Shown here: piece by piece, positions 20,023 through 29,204 of the stretch
How positions within the stretch are numbered: position 1 is the first letter of the stretch
Layout of the letters: each line of letters begins with the position of its first letter
Source of the DNA: an uncultured Lentimicrobiaceae bacterium
GTDB lineage: Bacteria > Bacteroidota > Bacteroidia > Bacteroidales > DASVHX01
Length of the DNA stretch: 64,000 nt
Assembly: GCA_964511085.1 (NCBI GenBank)
Contig: CAZEDO010000001.1
Span: forward strand, 39,942-103,941
Direction of reading: 5' to 3'
Program-made: the position numbers and the translations under genes
Notes under the pieces: generated by a model
Told to the model about the DNA's origin: nothing
Seen by the model: the letters and a program-made list of their open reading frames with translations, nothing else
The model's database searches: none

Positions 20023-21328
20023 TCCTATCCATTAAAGATTTACTATTAATGTTCCCCACAACTTTAATTGCATTCTCATATTTCCTAACAGCAATCAGAA
20101 TTAGCAGCAGGTAAAAAAGGTAAAATAGCACCTCTATAGCCGTTAATAAAATAATAAACTTACTAGCAGAAATATCATCTACAAAGAAAAGGCAGCCAAT
20201 GGCCAGAAAATAGGATAATTGCCAAACACTGTATAACCTGATTTTCTCCATTGCCACCAAGGCGCTACTGATTGGCGACACCAATAATTGAGTTGCATAG
20301 GACACAACCATAACCTGTGAAAACACGCCAGCTAATAACCATTGTTTACCAAAAACAAACAGAAATAATTGTGGAGCAGCAAAGAGGAAAATGAGTATCA
20401 ATACAATGGCACTTAATCCAAGGTATTTCACCAGAACATAAATTTCGTTTCTTATTGATTTGTTGTTGATGCGATTTTTAGCCACCTTTTGAAGGAGCAC
20501 CTGCGATATAGAAAAAGCTATAAAAGAGATAGGTGCCATTAGTATCATTCTGGAGAATATAAAATTGCCAGCTGCATCGCCAGGGTATTTTGAGCTCATA
20601 TAAAAAACAGGGAGCAAAGTTGCTGTGGTATTTAGCAAGGCTGGTAAGGTATTATAAACAGGATAGTGGTAATACCTCTTCATTACATTCCACATTTCTT
20701 TAAAAGAAAGCATTGACACGTCTGCCCCCAGGCTTATACTCTGCCGGATTGAAACAACGAGCATAGTTACCCTGCCAATAAAATCACCAATAATCAATCC
20801 TCCATGAAATGAGACAAAACCAAAGGTGATAGAACTTGCCTGTTCACTTCCTCTCTGAACCATCTTATTTACCGATGATGCTTTGAATGCTTCTTTGCGA
20901 ATTAGCCAACTATTCAGCATTTTTGAGACCGACCAAACAAGTAGTGTAAACGGCAACAGGTAAATGTAAGATAAAAGTGCCGGGGTTTTAAAGTAATTTA
21001 TAATGATCTGATCAAAGAAGATGATTACAAAAAATGTGAAAAGAGCAACAATGAATGAGAGAAGACTCGTACCAGCAACAAGATTTATTGCATCCCTATC
21101 TTGCTTTGGTATAACAGTAGCAAGCTCATACCTGCCGGTGGAAACAATTTCTAACCAACTCAACATGGTTATAAAAATACCATAGATTGTGTAATCAGTT
21201 GCATTGAAAAGTCTGCTTAATACTGGCTGAAGTGCGAAAGCCAACCCCTGTGCAAGCGAAGTCCCTACCAACAGTTGAAAGGTATGCCGGAAAAATTCTG
21301 ATCTCTGTGAGAAGGCTTTTTTCATCAA
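20015..21328 (-). CDS. Wzx-type polysaccharide flippase (MOP superfamily)
   Basis: 437 aa with about 12 predicted TM helices. The N-terminus FRHTFQLLVGTSLAQGLAFALQPVLSRLF is typical of oligosaccharide flippases. Confidence 0.75.
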   Translation of the reverse strand: MMKKAFSQRSEFFRHTFQLLVGTSLAQGLAFALQPVLSRLFNATDYTIYGIFITMLSWLEIVSTGRYELATVIPKQDRDAINLVAGTSLLSFIVALFTFFVIIFFDQIIINYFKTPALLSYIYLLPFTLLVWSVSKMLNSWLIRKEAFKASSVNKMVQRGSEQASSITFGFVSFHGGLIIGDFIGRVTMLVVSIRQSISLGADVSMLSFKEMWNVMKRYYHYPVYNTLPALLNTTATLLPVFYMSSKYPGDAAGNFIFSRMILMAPISFIAFSISQVLLQKVAKNRINNKSIRNEIYVLVKYLGLSAIVLILIFLFAAPQLFLFVFGKQWLLAGVFSQVMVVSYATQLLVSPISSALVAMEKIRLYSVWQLSYFLAIGCLFFVDDISASKFIILLTAIEVLFYLFYLLLILIAVRKYENAIKVVGNINSKSLMDRNE

Positions 21329-21624
21329 AAGTCAAAAGTACAATAAATTATTGAAAAACTTTTTAACACTGCTCTAAGGCGGAGTTGAATAGGATAAAGC
21401 TGTATATTCGATCGTCATACTTGTTTTGCTTACAATAGCTCCTGCATCAATCCGATTCTGCTTCTTGTTTTACCCTACTGTGTAAGCAAAAGGATTATTT
21501 TCTATTTTTGAATGTCCGAAGCAACGGGAAGTTCATCTGTTCATTTCCAGGCTGGCAGTAAAACGTTTCTGCCAAAGCAAATAAGAATAATACAACATTA
21601 AAACAGAAATAACAGACTAATAAT

Positions 21625-23073
21625 ATGCTTTTTAACTCTATTAGCTTTGCACTATTTTTACCCATAGTTTTTCTACTTTATTGGTTTGCGACAAAAGGGA
21701 ATCTGAAGCTGCAAAATATATTACTGCTTATTTCGAGCTACTTTTTCTATGCTTGCTGGGACTGGAGGTTTTTGTTTTTACTTATATTCTCAACCCTGTT
21801 AGATTACTATACCGGCATTAAAATTCATGAAGCTGTACTCCGAAGTAAAAAACTTTTTTGGTTATGGCTAAGTATTTGCGTTAACTTAGGATTCCTTGGA
21901 GTTTTTAAATACTATAACTTTTTCTCAGCTTCATTTGCCGACGGCCTCTCACTATTAGGTATTAAGGCAAATTTCGTTACCTTGCAAGTGATTCTGCCAG
22001 TAGGAATTTCCTTTTATACGTTTCATGGTTTATCTTATGTTATTGACCTCTTTAAAAACAGGATTAAGCCCGAAAGAAACTTTATTGATTATTCTGTTTT
22101 TGTCAGCTTTTTCCCGCTACTTGTTGCCGGGCCAATAGAGAGAGCAACACATCTTTTGCCCCAAATTCTTAAAAAGAGAGAATTCAATTATACAAAAGCA
22201 GTAAATGGTTTGAGGCAAATCCTTTGGGGCCTTTTTAAAAAAATAGTTATAGCTGATAACTGTGCAGAATTTGCTAATACAATTTTCAATAATTCTGCTC
22301 ACTATTCGGGCAGTACACTTGCATTAGGCGCTCTGTTCTTTACCTTCCAGATTTATTGTGATTTCTCCGGTTATTCTGATATAGCGATAGGTACTGCCCG
22401 GCTCTTTGGAATAGACTTGCTACGAAACTTTGCATTCCCATATTTCTCCAGAGACATTGCTGAGTTTTGGAGACGCTGGCATATTTCATTATCATCATGG
22501 TTTCGAGATTATCTCTATATTCCTCTGGGCGGGAGCAAAGGCGGTATGTGGATGAAAATCAGAAATACTTTTATAATCTTTTTAGTAAGTGGCTTTTGGC
22601 ATGGTGCTAATTGGACGTTCATTATTTGGGGCTTGCTTAACGCTATTTATATAATGCCGTCAATATTTTTTAATACAAACAGAAATTACCTGGATAGTGT
22701 CGCAAGAGGAAGGCACCTCCCATCGGTAAAAGAATTTTTTGCTATGTCGGTCACGTTTAGCTTAACTGTTTTTGCCTGGATATTCTTTCGTGCCAACAAT
22801 GTTACACATGCCTTAAGTTATATATCCGAAATATTTTCAATCTCGTTTTTCACAATTCCTGATTTCCCAGGGATCGGAAATGTAGGATCAATTATTTTTT
22901 TAACTATTGGATTTATTTTTATTGAATGGATTGGCAGAGAGCAACAATACGCTATTGCACACATCAATCTAAGATGGAATAAACCAGTCAGGTGGGCAAT
23001 GTATTATGGCCTGATTTTTTCTATCATTTATTTTGCAGGGGCAGAACAACAATTTATTTATTTCCAGTTTTAA
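21625..23073 (+). CDS. MBOAT-family membrane-bound O-acyltransferase (AlgI/DltB-like)
   Basis: 482 aa. It begins MLFNSISFALFLPIVFLLYW and contains DFSGYSDIAIGTARLFGI, FWRRWHISLSSWFRDYLYIPLGG and SGFWHGANW, which includes the MBOAT catalytic His region. Confidence 0.9.
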   Translation: MLFNSISFALFLPIVFLLYWFATKGNLKLQNILLLISSYFFYACWDWRFLFLLIFSTLLDYYTGIKIHEAVLRSKKLFWLWLSICVNLGFLGVFKYYNFFSASFADGLSLLGIKANFVTLQVILPVGISFYTFHGLSYVIDLFKNRIKPERNFIDYSVFVSFFPLLVAGPIERATHLLPQILKKREFNYTKAVNGLRQILWGLFKKIVIADNCAEFANTIFNNSAHYSGSTLALGALFFTFQIYCDFSGYSDIAIGTARLFGIDLLRNFAFPYFSRDIAEFWRRWHISLSSWFRDYLYIPLGGSKGGMWMKIRNTFIIFLVSGFWHGANWTFIIWGLLNAIYIMPSIFFNTNRNYLDSVARGRHLPSVKEFFAMSVTFSLTVFAWIFFRANNVTHALSYISEIFSISFFTIPDFPGIGNVGSIIFLTIGFIFIEWIGREQQYAIAHINLRWNKPVRWAMYYGLIFSIIYFAGAEQQFIYFQF

Positions 23074-23087
23074 GCATGAATGTAACC

Positions 23088-23213
23088 ATTACTTGAACGA
23101 TTCCCAATACCATGCAATCGCTAGTTTCAGTCCCTGGCTAAGGCTGTATTTCGGATCGTAGTCTAAGAGGTTTTTTGCCTTTTCTATTGAAGCCAGCGAA
23201 TGACGCACATCTC
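23088..23213 (-). pseudogene. Orphan duplicate of the last ~41 codons plus stop of the epimerase gene (copy 1 of a 126-bp perfect direct repeat)
   Basis: The 126 nt at 23088-23213 are identical, by my base-by-base comparison, to 24246-24371. That second copy is the 3' end of the intact CDS 24247-25242. Here the fragment has no upstream coding continuation. Confidence 0.85.
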
Positions 23214-23427
23214 TGCTGGCGAGGATATGCAATCACAAGTGTTCGAAACATATCAATAACGTATGGTGAAATTTATACGATGCTTTTTCTATCCCATTTA
23301 TACGAATTAAAAATCACAGTTATAGAATATTTTGTTCTTTCCCGTATTCGGCACTTCCCTTTTTGAACTTATTCCTCTCCCCTTTGTTTTTTTCTAAAGA
23401 ATTACGTTCACAAAAAATTCCTGTAAT

Positions 23428-24243
23428 ATGATTAAGAAACAATTGCTCTTTTCAGCTCTGCTACTGAGCCTTAGTGTAACAATGTCCTTCATTATCCCTA
23501 AAAAAGTCACCCCCATGATAAAGGAAGAAAACATCACCTATACCCTGGATGGAACTACATATAAGGGATTTGTAGCTTACGACGAAAGCAAACCCGGAAA
23601 GCGCCCTGCTGTTCTGGTAGTGCATGAATGGTGGGGATTGAATGATTACGCAAAAAGCCGCGCAAAGCAACTGGCCGCCCTTGGTTATATTGCCATGGCT
23701 GTTGATATGTACGGTGATGGAAAAACTGCAGTCAATCCCAAGGAAGCCCAGCAACTTGCGACTCCATTCTATATGGATCCCCAACTTGCAAAAAACCGAC
23801 TAGATGCTGCACTCTCCAAACTAGGAGAATACAAACAAGTTGATGCAGCAAATGTGGCCGCTATCGGTTACTGCTTCGGTGGTTCTGCGGTATTGAATGC
23901 CGCACGTCTGGGGGCTGACCTAAAAGGAGTTGTAAGCTTCCACGGCGGACTTATTGGCGCTCCGGCTAACAAATCACTCTTAAAAGCTAAAATACTGGTA
24001 TGCCATGGCGCAGCAGATAAATTTGTGTCCCAGGAGGATGTGAAAAAGTTCAGACACGATCTGGATTCCATAGGTGCTAATTATACCTTTAAATCCTATG
24101 CCAATGCCACGCATGCTTTTACAAATCCTGATGCAACTAAAATTGGGAAACAGTTTAATATGCCGATTGAATACAATGCCGAAGCCGATAAAGCATCGTG
24201 GAATGATATGCAGAAGTTTATTGCAGAAATATTCGCGAAATAG
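23428..24243 (+). CDS. Dienelactone hydrolase family protein (secreted alpha/beta hydrolase)
   Basis: 271 aa with a signal peptide (MIKKQLLFSALLLSLSV). DLH-type motifs are present: PAVLVVHEWWGLNDY, nucleophile elbow GYCFGG, and HGAAD. Confidence 0.85.
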   Translation: MIKKQLLFSALLLSLSVTMSFIIPKKVTPMIKEENITYTLDGTTYKGFVAYDESKPGKRPAVLVVHEWWGLNDYAKSRAKQLAALGYIAMAVDMYGDGKTAVNPKEAQQLATPFYMDPQLAKNRLDAALSKLGEYKQVDAANVAAIGYCFGGSAVLNAARLGADLKGVVSFHGGLIGAPANKSLLKAKILVCHGAADKFVSQEDVKKFRHDLDSIGANYTFKSYANATHAFTNPDATKIGKQFNMPIEYNAEADKASWNDMQKFIAEIFAK

Positions 24244-24245
24244 GA

Positions 24246-24371
24246 ATTACTTGAACGATTCCCAATACCATGCAATCGCTAGTTTCAGTCCCTGGCTAAG
24301 GCTGTATTTCGGATCGTAGTCTAAGAGGTTTTTTGCCTTTTCTATTGAAGCCAGCGAATGACGCACATCTC
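24246..24371. repeat. Copy 2 of the 126-bp perfect direct repeat (functional 3' end of the epimerase gene)
   Basis: Identical to 23088-23213. The two copies are 1158 bp apart and bracket the dienelactone hydrolase gene. Confidence 0.9.
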
Positions 24372-25242
24372 CCTGCCGCTCGGGACCGAATACAGGTTTG
24401 ATTTTAGCAATCTCAGGGTCAAATTCAGATAGGTTTGCCACCAATTGAGCATATAGCTCATTGAGAGTAGTATTCTCGCCGAAAGCCACGTTATAGACAG
24501 TGTTCAGTGCAGCAGAATTCTCTACCAGTGCCGCAAGTTGGTTAACCTGGACCACATTGTCCACATAAGTAAAATCCCTCGATTGAAGCCCGTCACCAAA
24601 TATTCCCGGAGCTTCGCCTTTAACCAGCGATTTTACAAACCTTGGAATTACTGCAGCATATGCACCATCGGGATCCTGGCGGCGGCCAAATACGTTGAAA
24701 TACCGGAGTCCGATAGTCTCCATGCCATAGAGGTCGGAAAACACCCGTGCATAAAGCTCATTCACATATTTGGTAACAGCATAAGGAGAAAGTGGATTGC
24801 CAATTTTATCTTCAACCTTTGGAAGCCCTGGATGGTCACCATAAGTTGATGAGCTAGCCGCGTAAACAAACCGTTTTACCTTAGCATCATGCGAGGCAAC
24901 AAGCATATTCAAAAAGCCACCAATATTAACTTCGTTGGTCGTAATGGGATCGGCAATGGAACGTGGCACCGAGCCAAGTGCAGCCTGGTGAAGCACATAA
25001 TCAATTCCATCAACGGCAGTTTTACAGTCAGCAAGAATCCGGATATCCCCTTCTATCATTCTGAACCGTTTATTCTGGCCAAATGGTACAATATTTTCAC
25101 GTTTGCCAGTGGAAAAATTATCCAGGCAAATTACCTCATTATCCTGTTGCAAAAGCGCTTCCACCAAGTTGGAACCGATAAATCCGGCACCGCCTGTTAC
25201 TAATACCCTTGAATTTGTGATGGTTCGTTTCATAAAAGCCAA
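24247..25242 (-). CDS. NAD-dependent sugar-nucleotide 4-epimerase (extended SDR, WbpP/TviC-like)
   Basis: 331 aa. It carries [19 protein letters not shown] (Rossmann fold), an S..YxxxK catalytic arrangement (SPYAVTK) and [12 protein letters not shown], which is typical of UDP-GlcNAc/GlcNAcA 4-epimerases. Confidence 0.85.
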   Translation of the reverse strand: MAFMKRTITNSRVLVTGGAGFIGSNLVEALLQQDNEVICLDNFSTGKRENIVPFGQNKRFRMIEGDIRILADCKTAVDGIDYVLHQAALGSVPRSIADPITTNEVNIGGFLNMLVASHDAKVKRFVYAASSSTYGDHPGLPKVEDKIGNPLSPYAVTKYVNELYARVFSDLYGMETIGLRYFNVFGRRQDPDGAYAAVIPRFVKSLVKGEAPGIFGDGLQSRDFTYVDNVVQVNQLAALVENSAALNTVYNVAFGENTTLNELYAQLVANLSEFDPEIAKIKPVFGPERQGDVRHSLASIEKAKNLLDYDPKYSLSQGLKLAIAWYWESFK

Positions 25243-25318
25243 TTTTAGCTAATGCAGTTATACTATTATTTAATCATTCTGAAATTCAAGACTTTTCTAC
25301 TTTACAACTTTCTGCTTT

Positions 25319-26386
25319 CTACTTACCTGTTGTTCCTCCCTTTAGAAAAAATGGCAAGGGTTTCAGTATGCGATCAAATACAAAAAACTGCACCAATACC
25401 AGGTCTTTGTTATCATTCACAAGTGCGTACATGCGTTCGCGGTCGTAGTTAACCAGGTTGCCCGCTGCATCCTTTTTATCAGGTCCAATAAGTTTTTTAA
25501 AGGTTGTAATAGTTTGAGTTTTTCCCATGCGGTCAGTAAGCGAAATGTTGTAAAACGGCTTTGATGAAGTAATTGAATCGCGCTTCGATTTATCCAAATC
25601 ATTTAAAAATGCTTCGAATCGCACATTTGCAAACGAACCAAGGAATTCGATAATCTTTGTTGTATCAAAATCAATAACGGATTGGTTGCTAAAAGTTGAT
25701 TTAAGTTTAAACCCATGGTTATCAGGATTGTCAATTTCAAATGACCATTCTGGATTATCGCCAAATGCAACATTAATATTTGCAATATCGGGCAAGCGGT
25801 GATGAAAAATAATATGTTCCCGCCAATCTTCCTCAAGGGTTGTATATCTGGAAGAAACAAATCCCCTGAAACCAGGCAAGTAAGTTGTGAAAGGCTCATC
25901 TGAGCCTTCGATAATCATAAATGTTCCAATATTATCCTGGGCAACATCTCCAACATAATAAGTCTTGGTGAGCTTTTCGTGCGAAAAGAGTTGAAGGCGG
26001 CTAAAAAGGTCTATCCGGTAAACACGCTGGTACACTTCTACTTTGACAGATTTAGCAGCCAGCATCCTGATAATATTGTTGCGTGCTGCTTTTGCCACCG
26101 GAGAATTTACCGAAAGGTTAAGCATGGTTTTCAAAAGGATATCAATCCCATCCTTACGTGCGCTGTACTTTTCATTCAGCCTCCACGAACCTTCATTCAC
26201 ACGCGTAAGTGTGATACTCCTGTTCTGCTTATCCGAAAGAAATATTTTAGTAACATTGGATGTATCGCTTATAGCAAAATCCTGTAAACCACGGCCATAA
26301 GTCCCTGACCTTGGCTTCAACACCAAAAAAAGTGCAAGGCTGAGAAGGATTAAGACAATTATAATTATAAACCGGTTCTTTTTCAT
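25319..26386 (-). CDS. DUF4340-like membrane-anchored protein that accompanies gldG
   Basis: The start is set to the internal ATG (MKKNRFIIIIVLILLSLALFLV, an N-terminal anchor), which removes the overlap with gldG. The position directly after gldG matches the usual gldF-gldG-DUF4340 arrangement. The family assignment is from memory. Confidence 0.6.
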   Translation of the reverse strand: MKKNRFIIIIVLILLSLALFLVLKPRSGTYGRGLQDFAISDTSNVTKIFLSDKQNRSITLTRVNEGSWRLNEKYSARKDGIDILLKTMLNLSVNSPVAKAARNNIIRMLAAKSVKVEVYQRVYRIDLFSRLQLFSHEKLTKTYYVGDVAQDNIGTFMIIEGSDEPFTTYLPGFRGFVSSRYTTLEEDWREHIIFHHRLPDIANINVAFGDNPEWSFEIDNPDNHGFKLKSTFSNQSVIDFDTTKIIEFLGSFANVRFEAFLNDLDKSKRDSITSSKPFYNISLTDRMGKTQTITTFKKLIGPDKKDAAGNLVNYDRERMYALVNDNKDLVLVQFFVFDRILKPLPFFLKGGTTGK

Positions 26387-26417
26387 AAAAGGTTGAGCAA
26401 TATGTGCATTTGAAAAC

Positions 26418-28160
26418 TTATCGGGAATACCTTCGGCGACGAATGACGTTCTGAACAAACCCAAAAAGCACTACTAAAACAATAGGTAAAATCACATTAA
26501 TTAACTGCCACTTTAATTTTTCATCTTTTATCCGGGTTATGTCGAGCATCCTTAGCTTTAGTTCTCGTGACCTTGCAGAAATTAGTCCCGAATCGTCGCA
26601 AAGATAATTTATGGCATTCATGATAAAGTCTTTGTTACCAAAGGATTGACCGGTGAAACGGTCGAAGCCGAGCGGCAAGGTCTCATACCCATTCTGTCCA
26701 AAGCGCACCTGATTCCTTATTACATCGCCATCAGAAACGATGATCATTGCAGTTTTTTCGCTTTCGGGAAGAAATCCGATACTCCTGTCCTCTGCAATCG
26801 CAGGTGGAATTCGGTTTAGAAACAATGATTCAAATTTGCCTTCCAGCAGCACAGCTACGTGTTGATTTGGTTGGTTAAACTGTGAAGGGTCAGGATCCTG
26901 CCTGGCCATATCCAAACTTATGATAACCGGTGCATTAAGCGCCCTTGAGTATTTAGATGTTGTAAGTAGAAGTGTCTTTTTTATTCCTGGTTTAACGATA
27001 GTATCCAGACTTGATGCAAATTCACATTTAACTGCATTTAAATTACGAACTATTGGGTGCTGCGAAGTAGGAATAATCACCGGAAAAAAGAACCAGGGGA
27101 CAAAAGTTGTCTGCGGCTTGTTGTCAGTCATGCCAGTAACCATCGGAATTGGCAGGCAACTTATATCTACCAGCAGGTTACCATTCAAACGAACTCCATA
27201 ATTGAAGAGTTGATCTTCCAGGTTGGTTTCATTTAAGGCACCTACAGTCTGTCGTGAATTTTGCAGACTATCCATCGTTGCATCAACAGGATCGATAAGC
27301 CAAAGCACTTTGCCTCCACGCATCACGAACTGGTCTATAATAAACTTATCCTTTTCGTTATAGGCGGAATCGGGTTTTGCAATAATGATTGCTTTGTACT
27401 TGTTGCGTATATTCACATGCAGGCTATCAACTGTAACTCTCTCGGAGAGGCTGTTAATTTTTCCGTCTATTTTTATACGTTCTACAGTATAATATTCACC
27501 CAAGGCCTGGCGGATATCTGTTGTTCCCATTTCCGATAACTCCCCATGCCCAATTATAAAAGCCAGTTTTGGTTTATTTGGCACACTAAGTTTCCTTATA
27601 ACGCTCGAAATATTATACTCCAATTGCTGCACCGAGTTATTCAACACTTGTTCCGGTGCAACACCTATCTGGCTATTGAGCAATTCCAGCGGGAGTTCCC
27701 TGTTTTTGTAAGTAATCAGAGCACCGGGAAAAACAACCTGACGCGAAGTTCCATCATTTGTCTTAACCTGCAGGTCGGTAGGATTTAGCCCGGCTGTTAC
27801 TAGCTGTTGATATAAATTGTTGCGTTCGCGCTTATCTGGATTACCCGATGGATTGATAAATTCATACTGGATATTGTCGCTGTAAGCCCTGAATTCATCG
27901 AGCATTTCGCGTGTTTCATTACGGAGACGCTTGAATCCTGCCGGAAATTCACCTTCCAGATATACCTTAAAATATACCACATCATCCAGGTTGCGGAGCA
28001 TTTTCTTTGTGGCATCCGACAGTGAATAACGTCGTTCAGCAGTCAAATCAAGCCGTGTAAACAAAAAGGAACCAATAACATTAAGCAACACAATGATCAT
28101 CAATCCCAACAGAAGTTGAATTATGTTATTGCGCTTAATATCCTTTCTTGTATCAGCCAT
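26418..28160 (-). CDS. gldG: Gliding-motility-associated ABC transporter accessory component GldG
   Basis: 580 aa with N- and C-terminal TM anchors. The N-terminus FTRLDLTAERRYSLSDATKKML and the overall ABC_transp_aux layout fit GldG. It lies downstream of a GldF-like ABC-2 permease. Confidence 0.8.
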   Translation of the reverse strand: MADTRKDIKRNNIIQLLLGLMIIVLLNVIGSFLFTRLDLTAERRYSLSDATKKMLRNLDDVVYFKVYLEGEFPAGFKRLRNETREMLDEFRAYSDNIQYEFINPSGNPDKRERNNLYQQLVTAGLNPTDLQVKTNDGTSRQVVFPGALITYKNRELPLELLNSQIGVAPEQVLNNSVQQLEYNISSVIRKLSVPNKPKLAFIIGHGELSEMGTTDIRQALGEYYTVERIKIDGKINSLSERVTVDSLHVNIRNKYKAIIIAKPDSAYNEKDKFIIDQFVMRGGKVLWLIDPVDATMDSLQNSRQTVGALNETNLEDQLFNYGVRLNGNLLVDISCLPIPMVTGMTDNKPQTTFVPWFFFPVIIPTSQHPIVRNLNAVKCEFASSLDTIVKPGIKKTLLLTTSKYSRALNAPVIISLDMARQDPDPSQFNQPNQHVAVLLEGKFESLFLNRIPPAIAEDRSIGFLPESEKTAMIIVSDGDVIRNQVRFGQNGYETLPLGFDRFTGQSFGNKDFIMNAINYLCDDSGLISARSRELKLRMLDITRIKDEKLKWQLINVILPIVLVVLFGFVQNVIRRRRYSR

Positions 28161-28282
28161 TCTCTTAAAGTGTCAATATATTATCTGTTGCCGGATAAAT
28201 CAGGTTCCTGAATTCATATTAGTTAAATTTCGAAATCGCTTATCTCATTTATTTTTAATCCAGTCAGAAATTAAATCTTATT

Positions 28283-28312
28283 ACTTTATACTTTATAAAC
28301 TTTATAACTTTC
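28283..28312. repeat. Short AT-rich tandem repeat (ACTTTATAA-like, about 3 copies) in the gldF-gldG spacer
   Basis: actttata ctttataa actttataa ctttc, read directly from the sequence. Confidence 0.5.
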
Positions 28313-28319
28313 TACTCCC

Positions 28320-29051
28320 TTACCACTTCCTGCTTTCCAGTTTTATCTTTGTGAGAAGAAGAAATAATGCGATCAGGCTGCTAAAATAAAGCACATCACG
28401 GGTATCGATAACGCCACGGCTCATTGAAGTATAATGTGCATTCATGCCAAGCGACTGTATTAAAAGATCGATTTTCCCGAACAATGAAAGCGAATAGATG
28501 AATTCGAAGCCGATATACAAAAAACCACACAGGAACACCGAAGTGATAAAGGCGACAATCTGGTTTTCGGCAAGCGAAGAAGAAAATATGCCTATAGCCA
28601 CAAATCCGGCGCCCAGGAAAAACAATCCAAGGTAAGAACCCCAGGTTCCGCCAATATCAACGTTGCCAGGAGGCAATCCAAGTTTATAGACCGACACAAA
28701 ATAAACAAGTGTTGGTACAAGTGAAAACAGCACCAGAACAAGCCCCGCAAGGTATTTGGCACCGATGATCTGCATATCAGTCAGCGGTTTGGTCATTAGT
28801 AGTTCAATGGTTCCGGTTTTCTGTTCATCGGCAAACGAACGCATTGTAATGGCCGGGATGAGAAACAGAAATACGAATGGCGACAGCATAAACAGGTTGT
28901 CGATACTGGCAAAACCGTAATCAAGAATATTGAACTGAAGCGGGAAAACCCATAGGAACAAACTGTTGATAAGCAAAAATACAATGATCACAATGTAACC
29001 GATCAGGGAATTGAGAAAACTGCTTATTTCTTTCTTGAGGAGGGCAAACAT
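28320..29051 (-). CDS. gldF: Gliding-motility-associated ABC-2 type permease GldF
   Basis: The start is set at the internal ATG (MFALLKKEISSFLNSLIGYIVIIVFL). The protein has six hydrophobic helices and an ABC-2 permease pattern. It is adjacent to gldG. Confidence 0.8.
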   Translation of the reverse strand: MFALLKKEISSFLNSLIGYIVIIVFLLINSLFLWVFPLQFNILDYGFASIDNLFMLSPFVFLFLIPAITMRSFADEQKTGTIELLMTKPLTDMQIIGAKYLAGLVLVLFSLVPTLVYFVSVYKLGLPPGNVDIGGTWGSYLGLFFLGAGFVAIGIFSSSLAENQIVAFITSVFLCGFLYIGFEFIYSLSLFGKIDLLIQSLGMNAHYTSMSRGVIDTRDVLYFSSLIALFLLLTKIKLESRKW

Positions 29052-29102
29052 CGGCAAACAGCGCAAATTAGCGGGCAAATTTAACCAATTTTACAGAACA
29101 AA

Positions 29103-29177
29103 CTACGGAGAAACAGAGAACATGATAAAGCACATAGATTTATTTCGAAGACCTCCTTATTCTCTATGTCTCCGTGG
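29103..29177. repeat. Imperfect 18-nt inverted repeat carrying the ACGGAGA/TCTCCGT core
   Basis: ctacggagaaacagagaa (29103-29120) against the reverse complement of ttctctatgtctccgtgg (29160-29177) matches at 15 of 18 positions, with a 39-nt spacer. It shares the 12-mer CCACGGAGACAT with 31809-31820. Confidence 0.6.
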
Positions 29178-29204
29178 ATTAATTTGTGAATCATTAACAG
29201 ATTT

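Noticed and set aside
23175-23366. 63-aa ORF after the MBOAT gene, and the 81-aa ORF at 24074-24319
   Set aside because: Both run across the 126-bp repeat copies in a frame unrelated to the epimerase reading frame and have no start context or motifs. They are artefacts of the duplication junctions.
26418-26464. An apparent 47-nt overlap between gldG and the downstream DUF4340-like ORF
   Set aside because: The overlap disappears if the downstream gene starts at the internal ATG 26386, which immediately precedes its membrane anchor. It is therefore not a programmed overlap.
28123-28389. 88-aa plus-strand ORF spanning the gldF-gldG spacer
   Set aside because: It is a low-complexity translation of an AT-rich spacer plus antisense gene ends (LYKLYNFLLPYHFLL). 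There is no support for coding.
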